This document shows, one piece after another, positions 1 to 18,888 of a stretch of 64,000 bases of DNA. The position numbers and the translations under genes are program-made. Under the pieces are notes generated by a model, which had not been told where the DNA came from, did not search any database, and saw nothing but the letters and a program-made list of their open reading frames with translations. The stretch's first letter is position 1. Each line of letters opens with the position of its first letter. The stretch is from the human T2T-CHM13v2.0 reference genome, Homo sapiens, in the NCBI RefSeq assembly GCF_009914755.1, contig NC_060930.1; one strand, 5' to 3'.

Positions 1-572
1 CCCAGTCCACAGACAGCAAGGGCAGTACCACTGCAGTGGCAGTGGCAGATGGGCTTTCAGTCGCCTCTGGGAGCTCCATCCCACAGAAACACAGAGAGCT
101 GCCAATGGAAATGTTCAGCTGAGTATGAGGTGCCTGTACTGTGTGCCCAAGCCAGGAAACCTGCCTGGTGAAGAGTAACAGGTGGGAGCTCACAGGGAAG
201 AGAGACTGGAATTCTTTCCATATAACCCCTGCTGTGTGCTGGAGGCATCAGGGAAGTGACCAGGTCACTTTGTTCCTTCTGCAGCCCAAGGGCAGTAAGG
301 GCGGTATTGCTGCAGCTGAAATGGCAGAGGGGCTGTGGGTTGCCTCTGGGATTTCCTCCCCAGAGAAGCACAGTGCCTTCCTGTGCTCCCCTGCCTGAAC
401 ACACTGACTAAAGTGTTCAGGCAGGGCCAGGGTGGTTGTGCTCTGCCCATTGAGGAGTAGCCGGGGCAGGCACCAGTGCAGAAAACAGTGTGCCCACTTT
501 TCCGTAAGGCAGCTATACTGTGCTGGAGGTCCGTGAGAGTCCTGAAGCTCCTCGCTCCCTCCTGAGCCTGCA
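1..572 (-). mobile_element. Probable old L1 5' UTR fragment
   Basis: GC-rich with degenerate repeated monomers (ggcaga..gcctctggga..cagaaacacag at about 40-100 and 320-375). Family assignment is tentative. Confidence 0.35.
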
Positions 573-1753
573 CTTTAATCTCAAGAGTTTGAGATACACA
601 GTGGTAAGGAAGAAAGTAACAATGAGTACAGCTAATGAAACCCAGGAAGACAAGTCAATGCACAGAAATAATTCCAACCTGAATAAATATTTTTAAAAAT
701 CATATTTATAGAGGTTTGCAGTGATACTAAAAACAATATTACAAGTCGTTATTAAGAATAGAAGTACAATGTTTCTCGTCTTCTTTAACACCTGTGATGC
801 AGGTGTTTGATAAGAATTCTACCTAATGGCTGCATTGCTCCTTGCCACCACTCCAGGAAGGTTTTATAGCACTCAGGCTCCTCAGGACACCTGGCAGAGC
901 TTTGGCAGCTCTATTCCAAGCCTAGAGATTTCAGTTCCATCCTTGGCACAGAATGCTAGTGATTTTCACAGGGTGAGAGGCCAAAAGAGGCTATTAAAAT
1001 GAAGACAGCCAAGCTTCCATGGAATTAGGCAACAGGACAACCTTGATCTCTTTGAGGGGTGAGGTGGGGGCCACAGGCAGATGGAGTGGATTAAAGAATG
1101 ACTAGTAGAGTGGCAGCAGAAGACAAGCCTGGCTCTGAAGGCAGCAAGTCCTCCAGGGAATATGGGGTCAGGGGAGGTTCTGAAAGATGACACACTGCAG
1201 AGAGCGTGTGTTTGTATGCTGATGACAAGTATCAGTAGAAAGGCAGATGAACGGATTCTCATTCTCAGAAAGACCTGTCCTGACCTCCTGAGAGTACACA
1301 GAGCATGAGGGCAGGACAGGGAGGAGGACGCACTCTCATTGATTCATGCAAAGTCCTCGGCCAAAGTTTACCTGCTCTCCACCTCTGTGACTTTGTCCTT
1401 TCTCAATTTAAGATGCTCCAAGCTGGAAAAATGGATTATTGACCAGTAGTTGGCTGATGCAATTCTAAAGCTAATACACCAAAAAGCACTTGAGAGATGT
1501 ATCAGAAGATCATAGAGAAATAGATACTTTAAGCTAATATCCATGTCTTCACCCTGCACTGTCTTCTTATTTGAACTCCCTTTTCCGGGAAGAGTTGTGC
1601 TTGGGTAAATTCTATAGCTCACAGTGTGACTTCAAAACACATAATAAATTCATAAACTGTTTCCTACAGTGAGTTATGTTAAACTTTCTGAAGAGTGTTT
1701 TTGAAATGTAGGAGAGCAGACTACAATTGATATTCAAAAAGAGGAAACTTCCT

Positions 1754-2123
<370 letters not shown>

Positions 2124-2745
2124 TCATAGCGCATCACTGCTGAGATCCCCTCTCCAGCTCATGTCGCTAGGAAATATCCCAAAACAGAATCAATTTTTTG
2201 TCTTTTTAATTTGATAATTTTTCCCCAAGGCTTTTGTTTCTTTGATTCACCTCATATGGCAAGGGGTTTTAATAGGGTTTATTTGCTGGTGAAGAAACAT
2301 TAAACACATCTTTTAATAGAAAAAATACTTTTATAGGCAAATGTAGTTGTATATTGCTAGTGAAGTAACTGGATTTTATTAATGGTGTGAGAATTTCTTC
2401 CTCACTGTGGTATGTGAATGTGTATGCATATTTGCATATGTAAAAGAAATAGTAATTTGTGAAATGGAAGATGATTCTCCACTTCTCACTGAGTATGGCT
2501 GTAAAATAAACTTGCTCTCCTCGGGCACTGAAGTACACTGGAAAGATGACACATCTACAGAAAGCATTCCTCTCCAAAAGAGCTTATAAGAGAATGTGGC
2601 CCCCAGGTTGGTTAAAACGTATGTTAATCCTATGGCAGAGAAGTTTGATTTAGCCTTTGGGTGTAGCCCACTGAGTAAGTTCATAGTGATCTATGTCCCA
2701 GTTTTCATGGGCTGAAATATAATACTCATCCCCCTGCCCCCATCT

Positions 2746-2771
2746 ACACACACACACACACACACACACAC
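2746..2771 (+). repeat. (AC)n microsatellite
   Basis: Direct read. Confidence 0.9.
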
Positions 2772-2964
2772 GTAGACACCAATTTCCCCCCAAAACCTCT
2801 TTGCTTAATCTTCTCCTGCTTTGTATTTTCTTTGATACTTTGTTGAATGGCTTCCACTAAGTTCAAATGTATTTTACTCTAAAGTCAATTTGTAAAATTT
2901 TATCTGGTAATTTATATATTAAATTGAAAGCATCTACACATTGCTTATATGAAGAACTACCATG

Positions 2965-3205
2965 AAAACGTATGGTTCCATTTATATGAAGTGTCCAAAA
3001 TAGGCAAATCTATAAAAGCAGAAAAATACATTTGTGGTTGCCAGAAGCTGCAGACGCAGGGCAACAGCTAAGGAGAGTGGAGTCCCTTTTTGGTGTATGA
3101 AAATATTTTAACATTTATTGTGATGATGGCTGCACAACTCTGAATATATTTACATCCATTGGCTTGCATGCCGTAAATGGATGAATTAGACCTCAATAAA
3201 GCTGT
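2965..3205 (+). mobile_element. Old L1M 3' end fragment
   Basis: ttccatttatatgaagtgtccaaaataggcaaatcta...ctcaataaagctg motif typical of L1MB/MC/ME 3' ends. Confidence 0.65.
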
Positions 3206-3223
3206 TTAAGAAAAACCTATTAG

Positions 3224-3744
3224 TGAGACCAAGGACCCCCATTTTTCTAAGAGATGGTTTAATTTTTTGTGTGTTTTTTGTCTCCCCAGCTCCCCACTTT
3301 ATACTTGGCCCTTTAGAATTGCAAATATGGCTTTTTACCTCCCCTTCATCTGAATCTCCCTACAGGGCAAGTCATCTAACTATGTGCTTCAAGATGGAAC
3401 TCCTGAGTTCACAGTTGATTTATAAACCAAAGAATGTCCACTACAAAACTCTCACCCTCCAGAGACTTGTCTCAAGCGACAACATCCTGTTCACAAGGGC
3501 ACCAGCAGGCACCAGCTGGTGGATAAGGTGCCAAAGCTAGCATGGACCCCTGAACCATTGCTTGCTTCCTCCCCTGCCTTTTAAAAGTACCACTTTCTGC
3601 TCCAAAAGTGAAGTGGTAAAACAGGACTCTTGTATTTCTTCCCCTAAGCTAGCGTTGGAAGTACATCACTTTCTTTACACCAGACTTCTCTCTTCTTAAT
3701 TAGATTCTGCAAGTGGCAAATAACTAACCTGCTCTTCCGTTACA
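3224..3744 (+). mobile_element. Probable solo ERV LTR
   Basis: TG...TTACA termini, about 520 bp, TATA-like ttttaaaa followed by an R/U5-like tract. Subfamily not determined. Confidence 0.45.
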
Positions 3745-4643
3745 CTGGGATGTGTTTAGATTAGTTTTTCAAAGGTTAGAACAAAGTTGAAAAAGTGAGA
3801 AGAGCCCTAGATTTTTTTTCTTGGAAATCTGGCTTAAATCCTGGTTCCTTTATTTCCTTGATTTGGGAATTTGGTCTCTGGGCAAATAACATCATTTTCC
3901 TAAGTCTAGATTTCCTTGTTTATAAAATTGGGATGAATATGCTATGCTATCTACACCATGAGCTCAATAAGCTACTGTCTGTAAAGAAATCACACTCACA
4001 CTGACATGTACACACAGATATGTATGTACGTATACAAATGTGAGGACCTAACCCAAGCACTGAGTGAGTATTTGCTGAGTCACTATCTGCATACAGCATC
4101 TGGCAAATGGATGTGTGTAATTTCTCCAGGGATAAGAAGCAAACGTATACCTATGGAAAGCCTTATTCAGGCCATAACAAGGAGAGAAATGCTGAGTCCC
4201 ACTCCATGAATGGGTCAAGGAGCAGAATATATTCAAAGAGATATTTCATTGTTTCAACTTGAAAGTGAGGGGAGCATGGCACCTGAACAGAGATGATATA
4301 AATTAATGAAACTGAGAACCAGGTGAAGAGCTTGACCATCCTTTGCGTAGTTAGCTACATTGCCTATTTTTTTCTTTCAACTAGACTGGCCATGATGTAG
4401 GCACACTCTTTTAGATTAGAAACACCACCCATTATGCCCATTCATTCCAGCACCCTGACAGTCTTCATGTGGAAATTAAACTTAGTTTTTTAAGAATTCC
4501 TCAATCTTATACAAGATTTTGAACTGGCGATTTTATGAATCAAAAATTAAATTAAATGAATTGCACATAAAGATATGGCATATGTATTTTTACTACATTG
4601 TGGGAGAAAAAATAATTATTACACAAAAAAAACTATGTCTTAC

Positions 4644-4692
4644 CTGATTTCAGAAATAACAGAAGTAGAAGAACCACTTCCTTATGTTCCAT
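4644..4692 (-). pseudogene. LPAL2: LPAL2 signal-peptide exon (PLG/LPA-type exon 1 coding part)
   Basis: 49 nt ATG...TCAG followed by GTAAG. Encodes MEHKEVVLLLLLFLKS, the PLG/LPA leader. Lies downstream of LPA in the same orientation, the known position of LPAL2. Confidence 0.88.
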
Positions 4693-4900
4693 TTTGGGAC
4701 TGGCCAGCAGTGCCCAGAAAGTGTGTCCCAATCCCAGGATGTTGTTGACTTACATGAGAGTAAACGCATCCACAAACCAGATAGTCAAATTAAGTTAATG
4801 ATTCTCTCAGAGACCCATGCCACTGGCTCAGCAGAGTTCAAACATTACCTGAATTTTTAGAAGCCCTTTTCTGAATCCAACCATCCCTCAGTCCCCTAAG
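4693..4900 (-). promoter_or_regulatory. PLG/LPA-type 5' leader and proximal promoter with HNF1 site (GTTAATGATTCTC, 4794-4806)
   Basis: Close match to HNF1 consensus GTTAATNATTAAC about 100 nt upstream of the ATG, as in the LPA and PLG leaders. Confidence 0.7.
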
Positions 4901-5727
4901 AGTGGCCAGAGAAGAAGGACTCCACTGAGCTGACATTCCAGTTCAGTAAGTTGTAGGGACAGTTTTTTAAAAGAATCTGTAGGTAGGGGAGCACCAACCC
5001 ATAACATACTGTAAGCCTGCAGGGTTCTCCAGCCCAGTCCCTTCTAGAACCCTTCCCTGTCCACAACCAGTGACGGATTATTCCAAACGTTGTTCAGTTT
5101 CATTTGACCTAGTTTGAAAACCAAGTTCCAATAATGAATAACTATGGGAGCTTGGGTTGCTGTATTCGGTCTCTGAGTAGCTTTTCCACCTACCCAGGCC
5201 ACAATCAATAATAATCACCATTGAACATCCTTGAAGCAATTCTTTTGAAATTACTTTGCATCAAAGATTGCACAAGAACTGCTTTAAGTAGAAGGACTGA
5301 TGTCAGCAATCAAGGGTCCCACCGAGGGCTGCAGATAGTTCTTGACCTTCACATGGGAAGGCGTCATTGAGTTCTGACACTCTGGCAATCCTCTAGGACT
5401 CAACTTTCTGATAAGCTAATAAATGGAAAGGTGAAATTAGATAAAGACATTATTACCTCATGGGACAACTAAGCATTAGAGGTTAGTCTAAACATGCTCT
5501 TTTAGAATCTTTACTACACTACTAGCTACCATTTATTGTAGGTTTGTCTATCTGTGCCAGATACAAACAACACTATGAATTACCCATACCATGCTATAAT
5601 CACCAGATTTTTCTCTGTTATTCCCATTACCATTTTATAGATCAGGACATTGAAATTTGCTTGCCCATAGTTATATCAAAGGAAATTGGGAAAGCCAGGT
5701 TCCAATGCAAATATCTCAAATGATTAC

Positions 5728-6020
5728 TTTTTTTTTTTTGAGTCAGTCTCACTCTGTCTCCCACTGTGGAATATAGTGGCACAATCTCAGCTCACTGCAA
5801 CCTTCATCTATGGGTTTCAAGCGATTCTCCCGCTTCGGCTTTCCAAGTAGGTGGGATTACAGGTGTGGACCACCACGCCTAGCTATTTTTTTGTATTTTT
5901 AGTAGAGATGGGGTTTCACCATCTTGGCCAAGCTGGTCTCAAACTCCTGATTTCAAGCAATCCCCCCACCTCAGCCTCCCAAACTGTGGGGATTATAGGC
6001 ATGAGCCACCATGCCTGGCC
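5728..6020 (-). mobile_element. Alu (S/J type)
   Basis: Poly-T then Alu body ending atgcctggcc. TSD tcaa(a/g)tgattacttt. Confidence 0.88.
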
Positions 6021-6139
6021 TCAAGTGATTACTTTCAACCACTGCACTACAATTTACTACTGGGAGGAAAGAATAATAATAATAGTAATGGCTATAATTT
6101 ATTGATTAATGGCTATATGCTTGGCATTGTACTCACTTT

Positions 6140-6882
6140 TGAAGTTTTAATTTATAATTGACACATAGTAATTGTACGTATTTATGGGGTACAGTGTGAT
6201 GTTTCAATGCATGGATACACTGTATAAGGATCAAATCAGGGTGATTAGCATACTCCTCACTTCAAACATTTTTTCTTTGTGGTGAGAAGATTCAAAATTC
6301 TCTCTTCTAGTTATCTTGAAATACACAACACATAATCATGAACTATAGTCACCCTAGTGTATAATAGAACACCAGAACTTATTCTTTCTATCTAACTAGA
6401 AATTTGTACACATTGACCAACCCCTTTTCATTCTCCTCTCCCTGACTACCCTGCTCACCCTCTGGTAACCACTATTCTACTGTCTAATTCTGTGAAATCA
6501 AGATTTTACTAAGTTTTATTGATAAATAATAATTGCATATGTTCATGGAGTACACAGATATATTTCAATACAAATGATGTACAGAGATCAAAGAGGGGTA
6601 GTTAGCATATCAATCAATCACCTCAAACATTTATCACTCATTTGTTTTGGAAACACTCAATATCCTCTTTCTAGTTGCTTGAAACTATACAATATAATAT
6701 TGTTAGCTAGACTCATCCTACAGCGGCATAAAACACTAGAACATATTTCTGATACCTAGGTGTAATTTTGTAGCCTTTAACAAATCTCTCCCTATTCCCC
6801 CTTTCCCCACTCTTCCAGACCTGGAACATCCTCCATATTACTTTTTACTTCTTTGATATAAGCTTTTTTAGCTGCCACATAT
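6140..6882 (-). mobile_element. L1MA-type 3' end fragments
   Basis: Two successive L1MA 3' termini. The second continues at 12084-12770 after nested insertions. Confidence 0.7.
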
Positions 6883-12083
<5,201 letters not shown>

Positions 12084-12770
12084 ACTGAGTGAGAACACTC
12101 ACTGTTTACCTTTCTGTTCCTGGCTTACTTAACAAACCTTCCTTTAGTTTCATCCATGTTGCTGCAAAAGATAGGATCTCATTTTTTTAATGGTTGAATA
12201 GTATTTTATGGTATGTATATATCACATTTTCTTTATCCATTCATGTGTAGTCAGACAACTAGATTGATTACATGTCTTTGTTATTATGAATAGTGCTGCA
12301 GTAAACCTGAGGATGCAGAGGTCTCTTTGATATTTAACGATTTCCATTGCTTTGGATAAATGCTTAGCAGTGAGATTGCTGGATTATATGGTACTTCTAT
12401 CTGTATTTTTTTGAGGAACCTCCATACTGTTCTTCAGACCAATTGCACTAGTTTAAATTCCCACCAACTGTTTTTAAAATTCCCTTTTTTTCCTGCATCC
12501 TCACCAGCATTTTTTATTTTTTGTCTTTTTGATAATAGCCCTACTAACTGGGGTGAGACAATAGCTCGTTGTGGTTTAGATTTGCATTTTCCTGATTAGT
12601 GATGTTGAGCACATTTTCATACATTTGTTGGCCATTTGTATGTCTTCTTTCAAGAAATGTCTGTTCAGATCATTTGCCCTTTTTTTTTAATTGGGTTGGT
12701 TTTTTGCTGTTGAGATGTTCGAGATCCTTGTATATTCTAATACTAGCCCCCTGTCCGATGAATAGTTTAC
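12084..12770 (-). mobile_element. L1MA continuation
   Basis: L1 ORF2 end/3' UTR in antisense, contiguous with 6510-6882. Confidence 0.75.
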
Positions 12771-12789
12771 ACGTATATGAGGCACCACG

Positions 12790-12965
12790 AGATCCTTTAC
12801 ACAGGTTAGTTCACTTACTCCTCACTCCAACCCTATGAGGGAGGCGCTATTACTACCACTCTTATTTTACCCATAGAGAGTTCAGCAGAGGTTCATAACT
12901 TCCCCCAAAGTCACACAGCTAGTGTGGCAGATGGAGCAGGGTTGGATGCCAGAGCCAGGCCCTCC
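12790..12965. mobile_element. MIR
   Basis: cctcac..aaccctatgagg...cccaaagtcacacagctagt core. Confidence 0.65.
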
Positions 12966-13699
12966 AGCCCCACGCCTCGTTGCTGCAGGAGCCCTCCAAT
13001 CTGCAGTCACTGCCACAGGCATCAATGGCACTACCCAGAATAAGGATTTATTGAGCACCTACTGTATTCACAGAACTCTAATCAGTCTGAAAGTCCAAGC
13101 AATGAAGCAAACAAAGCCAAGGAATGGCAGAAATGGCAGAGTTCAAACCAGAGTCTAGGGCCTGAAGTGCACCGCATGGGCCAGGTTAAAGTGAATGAAA
13201 CATTCCTATTTTGATCCTTTTCATTATTTATCATTCATACCCCTAACTACCTTTAATGCGATTAGTTTTAGATGTAAAAACAACAAATACGCTACAAATC
13301 AGCTCTTCCAACATTTTCTTCTCGTGAAAAAGGCTCTTTGAAAGCCCTGTTTTGCAGAAACTTGCTCCTTTTGCATGAATGGTAAATCATAGGAGACCTG
13401 GTAGATTACGCTACATACTTAATGTGAAAGGTTGCTTCATTCAAGAGCCTGGAGTTTTCAGACATTGTCCTGAAACTTCCCTGCCTAGGGTAGGGTAATG
13501 CCAGCGACGGCAGGAAATAGCTCTGACGCACTTAAGAGTTAAATACAACCTACAGAAGTTCTGGCTGGGTGGGGAAAACCTATTGCTAAAGAGAAGAGCT
13601 ACTTTTTTTCTTTTCTGGAATTTGCAAACAGCATTTATTCTCAGCCTTACCTTCCACAAGCTCCACCTGGAACATTGCTGGGCAGCGTGGAAACAGAAG

Positions 13700-14480
13700 C
13701 AAACATCAGCCAGGCCGGCAGGGGGCAGCAGACCCCACATTTTGCCCTCGCCTCCCGTGGGAGGGAGTGCCCGGCTCCCAAAATCCTGTGGCGGGTTTTG
13801 TCCCAAGCGACTTCAGCCAGCAGATAGTTCGTGTCCTTCTGAGGCCGCAAAATTTGGGGTGGAAGAAGTGGGGCGTGAGGCTGAGAGTGAGGAGAGCAAT
13901 CCAGGGTCGCCAGGGTGGGAGCCGCAGCGGGCCCTAGGCCTCCGGGAGGACACTGATGCTTCCGGACCGCGCGAGGCGCGCCGGCAATGCCGGCAATGGA
14001 CGTGCGACAGCGGCACGAGGCGGGGCACCGGGAGGGGATGCGGGGGGAGGGGGGACTCGGGCATGGCGGGCTTCAGGTTCCGAGCCCTATCCCTGCGGGG
14101 AGGCGGCTGAGGCCCAGCGAGAATTCGAGCGCGGTGCGGGCGGGCCGGCAGTGCTGGGGGGACCCGGCGCACCCTCTGCAGCTGCTGGCCCGGGTGCTAA
14201 GCCCCTCACTGCCAGGAGCCTGCGGCGCCTGCTGGCTGCTTTGAGTGCGGGGCCCGCTGAGTCCGCGCACACCCGGAACTCGCGCTGGCCCGCGAGCGCC
14301 GCTCGCAGCACCGGCTCCCGCCCGCGCCTCTCGCTCCACACCTCCCCGCAAGCAGAGGGAGCCGGCTTCCGCCTCGGCCAGCCCAGAGAGGGGCCCGCCA
14401 CAGCGCAGTGGTGGGCTGAAGGGCTCTTAGAGCATGGCCAGAGTGGACGCCAAGGCCGAGGAGGCGCCCAGAGTGAGCGA
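13700..14480. promoter_or_regulatory. CpG island, candidate promoter
   Basis: Abrupt GC- and CpG-rich block. ETS motif CCGGAAG on the minus strand (13959-13965) and GC box (14017-14025). Confidence 0.75.
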
Positions 14481-14507
14481 GGGCTGCTAGCACTTTGTCA
14501 CCTCTCA
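14045..14507 (-). mobile_element. Truncated LTR12-family (ERV9) LTR, 5' U3 part
   Basis: Minus strand begins TGAGAGGTGACA..GTGCTAGCAGCCCTCGC and follows the LTR12 GC-rich U3 for about 460 bp, then stops. Confidence 0.8.
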
Positions 14508-16290
14508 ATTTGACGTTGTAAGCTTCCTTCCACAGAGTGACCTTTTTCATGCAATCGATGTGCTCCTGTGTCAGCTATGCAAAATAATTTTTGTTTACTG
14601 AATCTGGTTTAAAAGGCAAGAAGTTGCTTCCCATTGGGCACTTTGATCCTGGTGAAACGGGATGTGTATGCCTGGAAACATGGACAGTCACATGCACTGC
14701 TTGGTTTTGTGTGGAACTAACATGAGATGATCTTTTCACTGATTTTCAGAATTGTGGAGAATTCACTTAGGAAAATAAGCATGTGTATCAATGCATGACC
14801 AATATGGGCGTTTACTTTAACTGATTTCACAGAAGCAGTGCTCCTAATATTTTGAGCCACACAGATTTTATCTGGTGCCTCTTTATGATATGATCAATTA
14901 GCTGCTTACTTCATAAGTTATGTGGAGTGGGGAAGATACTCCTATTTTCTCTTTAAATGTCTTTTCTCTGATTTAAAGAAGTAATAAAGGAGAAATCTTT
15001 TTGCTATATTTTACTTTTATCCTCCACTATTCTGAAGTTTAAGCTTCAATAATTAATATAAGTACAGTAAAATTAATATTTTAAAGGTAGCTGATATGCT
15101 TGATAACCAGAAAATATTTCATTTTTTAAAAATTCTATTTCATCTACTAATTTGATCCATATGATCCATATGCAAGGGTATGTAAAAGTCTATATATAGT
15201 CATATGACAAAGGTATATGGTGTATTGAATTTATACTTTTATTGTTCATCACTAAGACCCTTTTTTACTTTAAAAGTGGGTTATATAGACCTGTGAAACA
15301 TGCAACAAAAATGAAAACACTGCACCTTTTTGTGGTTCTGTAAACACACAAGAAAAGTGGAGGTCAGGATCCATGCTGTTGGCCAGGTATTAAGTTGGCG
15401 TTATCAGCAATCACTGTAGTCTCTGTGAGTGCTGATGAATCTGAATGTCATGCCTTGGGAATTGCTTTTTTGACTAGATTACTGGTTTGAGGTTGTTGCC
15501 GTTGTGTTTTTTGTAAGAGTAGAAATTCACAAGTGCACAACGTAGGATTTAGGTAAGTGGAAATTTAATGCAATCACAGCAGTGCCTCATACAAAGAAAG
15601 TGATCAACAAATGTAGCCATGATAAGGGTCACTCGCTAGGCCAGTTGTCACCTACCCCTCTGCTGGATGACAGCCCTTCTGCATCTGCACTCAGCTCCCG
15701 CGTTTCCGGAGCTTCTCTTCTCAGACCATGCAGTGCCCAGAGCTTCAGATCTGTCCATATCCTTCATCAACACCTCCTGAAAGTATGAGACCTTGCAGAG
15801 GCCCATGTCTTCCAGGTGTTGCCAAGACAGCTGAGACAGAGCCCTGGAGTCCTTTCTTATCATCCCTTGATCAGGGTGTCTTATATCTGTTAATTCTACA
15901 AATAGCCATTTTTTTAAATGTCATTTATTTTAAACCAGTAGCTCAGCTGTCCTGTGCCAGCTCCACACCCTCAACTCTACAGCTGATTACACAGTTCATT
16001 ATTATGCTAATTTAAGAAATGTTAAATATATGCAAACCTACAGAGGGAACAAACACTGTAGCAACTTACCAACTTTCCCACAACCTGCAGTTAACAATTG
16101 TGAACAGTTTGTCATTTTAACTTTTCCCCAGTCCCTGGAATTTCCTCATCTCTAACCCAGTCTCCCTCAACCACTCATGATGAAGTGTGTACCCATCCAA
16201 TCTGTTTTGGAACATTTTAAAATTATTTTACTTGGTTTTTTTTAAATCAGCTTTATATATGCACATAGTTTAAAGAGTCAAAAAGTTCTG

Positions 16291-16979
<689 letters not shown>

Positions 16980-17062
16980 TGATCCTATTGGCATTTACCT
17001 TCAGCTCTCTAAATAACTTTCTGACTGTGGTACTTCTTTTTTCAGTTTTAGTCATTACCTAT

Positions 17063-17290
17063 TGATATGGTTTCGATCTGTGTTCATGCCCAAATTTCAA
17101 GTCAAATTGTAATCCTTAGTGTGGAGGCGGGGTCTGATGGGAGGTGATTGGCTCATAGGGCAGTAACTCATGAATGGTTTAGCACCTTCTCCAGGTGCTG
17201 TTCTCCTGATAGTGAGTTCTCAGGAGATCTGGTTGTTTAAGTGTGTGTGGTACCTCCCCCACCCTTGCTCCTGCTCCTGCCATATGAGAA
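17063..17290 (+). mobile_element. Truncated MST-type MaLR LTR
   Basis: tgatatggtttcgatctgtg..cccaaat start. The 3' half is missing. Confidence 0.75.
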
Positions 17291-17919
17291 GTGTTTTCCA
17301 TTTTTAAAATTATAGACATTTAAATTATAGACATTTTAATGGATATGAAGTCTTATTTCATTGTGATTTTATTGGCATACACAGCATACACATACCGTCC
17401 ACATACCACACACATACACTTCACACACCGTACATACTACATACACCCACACATCCTTTTGCCATATGTACCTAAAATAATTATGTAATTATATTGTAAT
17501 TTTGGTTAAGTAAATATTCAGTGTTTATGTAACTGAGGCCTGTAGTATCCTTTTATATTTCTCCCTAGAATTCATTATTTTCTTTTCTGTAAGCTTTTAT
17601 GTCTGTTTCCTAATTCCACTCCAAATTCTCAGTTATATACCTTTTCAATATGCCCCCAAACCAATCAGGCCATCTAGCGTTTTTCTTCCAGAGAGCTCCT
17701 CGGGAACCACCGGCTCTGCTCTGGTGTGGCCTGGGTGCACAGCCGGCCTGCTGTGCAGTTGTGGGATCTCCATGGACTGTCATCCAGAAGACCCCCTTTC
17801 CTCTCTGATATTTGATCCCGTTTCATGGATCCCACATCTTCCTTTTTAAAAAAAGTTACTTCCTCATTTTGCCAAAGCAAATATTCTAGTATCATCCTTA
17901 GAAAGGATACATGGAAGGT

Positions 17920-18645
17920 ATTTTTTAATTGAAGTGAAATTCTCATAAGAAAAGTAGCAGTCTTATAGTGAACAATGCGTTGTATTTAGTATGTTCACAT
18001 TGGCAACCACCACCTCTATCCAGTTCCAAAACATTTTCATGACCCCAAAGCACAATGCAGTACCCAATAAGCTGGTACTTTCCATGACCCCATCCCAGCC
18101 CTTGCTTTCAAGTTTCAGCCATGTAGCGGATACCAGTACTTCATTCCTTTTTGTAGCTGTATAAACCACAATTTGTTTATCCCCTCATCTATTGATTGAC
18201 ATTTGGGTGTGGCTGTTGTAACAGTGCTGCTATGAACATTCTCATGCAAGGTATCTGTTTGGGCACTTGTTTTCAATTCTTGTATATATACACCTAAGAG
18301 TAAAATTGTTAGATCACATGGTAATTCTATGTTTAGCATTTTAAGGAACTGTCAAATTGTTTTCCACAGTGGCCAAACCATTTTCCCTGTACATTCCCAC
18401 CAGCAATATACAGGATTCTAATTTCTCCACATCCTCACAAATGCTTGTTATTTTCCATTTTTTAAATTATAGACATTTTAATGGATATGAAGTCTTATTT
18501 CATTGTGATTTTATTGGCATTTTCTTAATGACTAATGATGTTGACCATCATTTCATGTACTTATTGCCTATTTGTATATCTTTTTTGGAAAAAATGTCTA
18601 TTCACGTTCTTGTTTTTCTTTTTATTGTTGAGTTGTAAGAGTTCT
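17920..18645 (-). mobile_element. Old L1M (L1MB/MC-like) fragment
   Basis: L1 3' region in antisense. Confidence 0.7.
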
Positions 18646-18660
18646 TTTTTTTTTTTTTAA

Positions 18661-18735
18661 CTCATTTCCCATTTGCCCCAAGAATACTATGCAGGCAGCA
18701 AGCTACATATTTTCTTTTTCTAAATAAGAAGTGGG
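18661..18735. mobile_element. MER75A-like piggyBac MITE
   Basis: TTAA on both sides (18657-18660, 18736-18739), degenerate TIRs c(t)catttccc...gaagtggg and the tttgccccaagaatact motif. Confidence 0.75.
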
Positions 18736-18739
18736 TTAA

Positions 18740-18888
18740 GAGATGGCAGTCTCACTCTGTCACGCAGCCTGGAGGGCAGTGGCCCAATCATAGCTCACTG
18801 CAGTGTCGAACTCCCAGGCTCAAGTGATCCTCCCACCTTGGCCTCCCCAAGTGCTGGGATTACAGGTGTGAGCCACTGCTCCCAGCCT
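18740..18888 (-). mobile_element. Alu monomer (FLAM/FAM-like)
   Basis: Single Alu arm. Its poly-T tail is displaced to 18645-18658 by the MITE. Confidence 0.75.

Noticed and set aside
13441-14550. Overlapping Arg/Gly/Pro-rich ORFs of 85-185 aa
   Set aside because: Expected from stop-poor GC-rich LTR12/CpG sequence. No recognisable protein.
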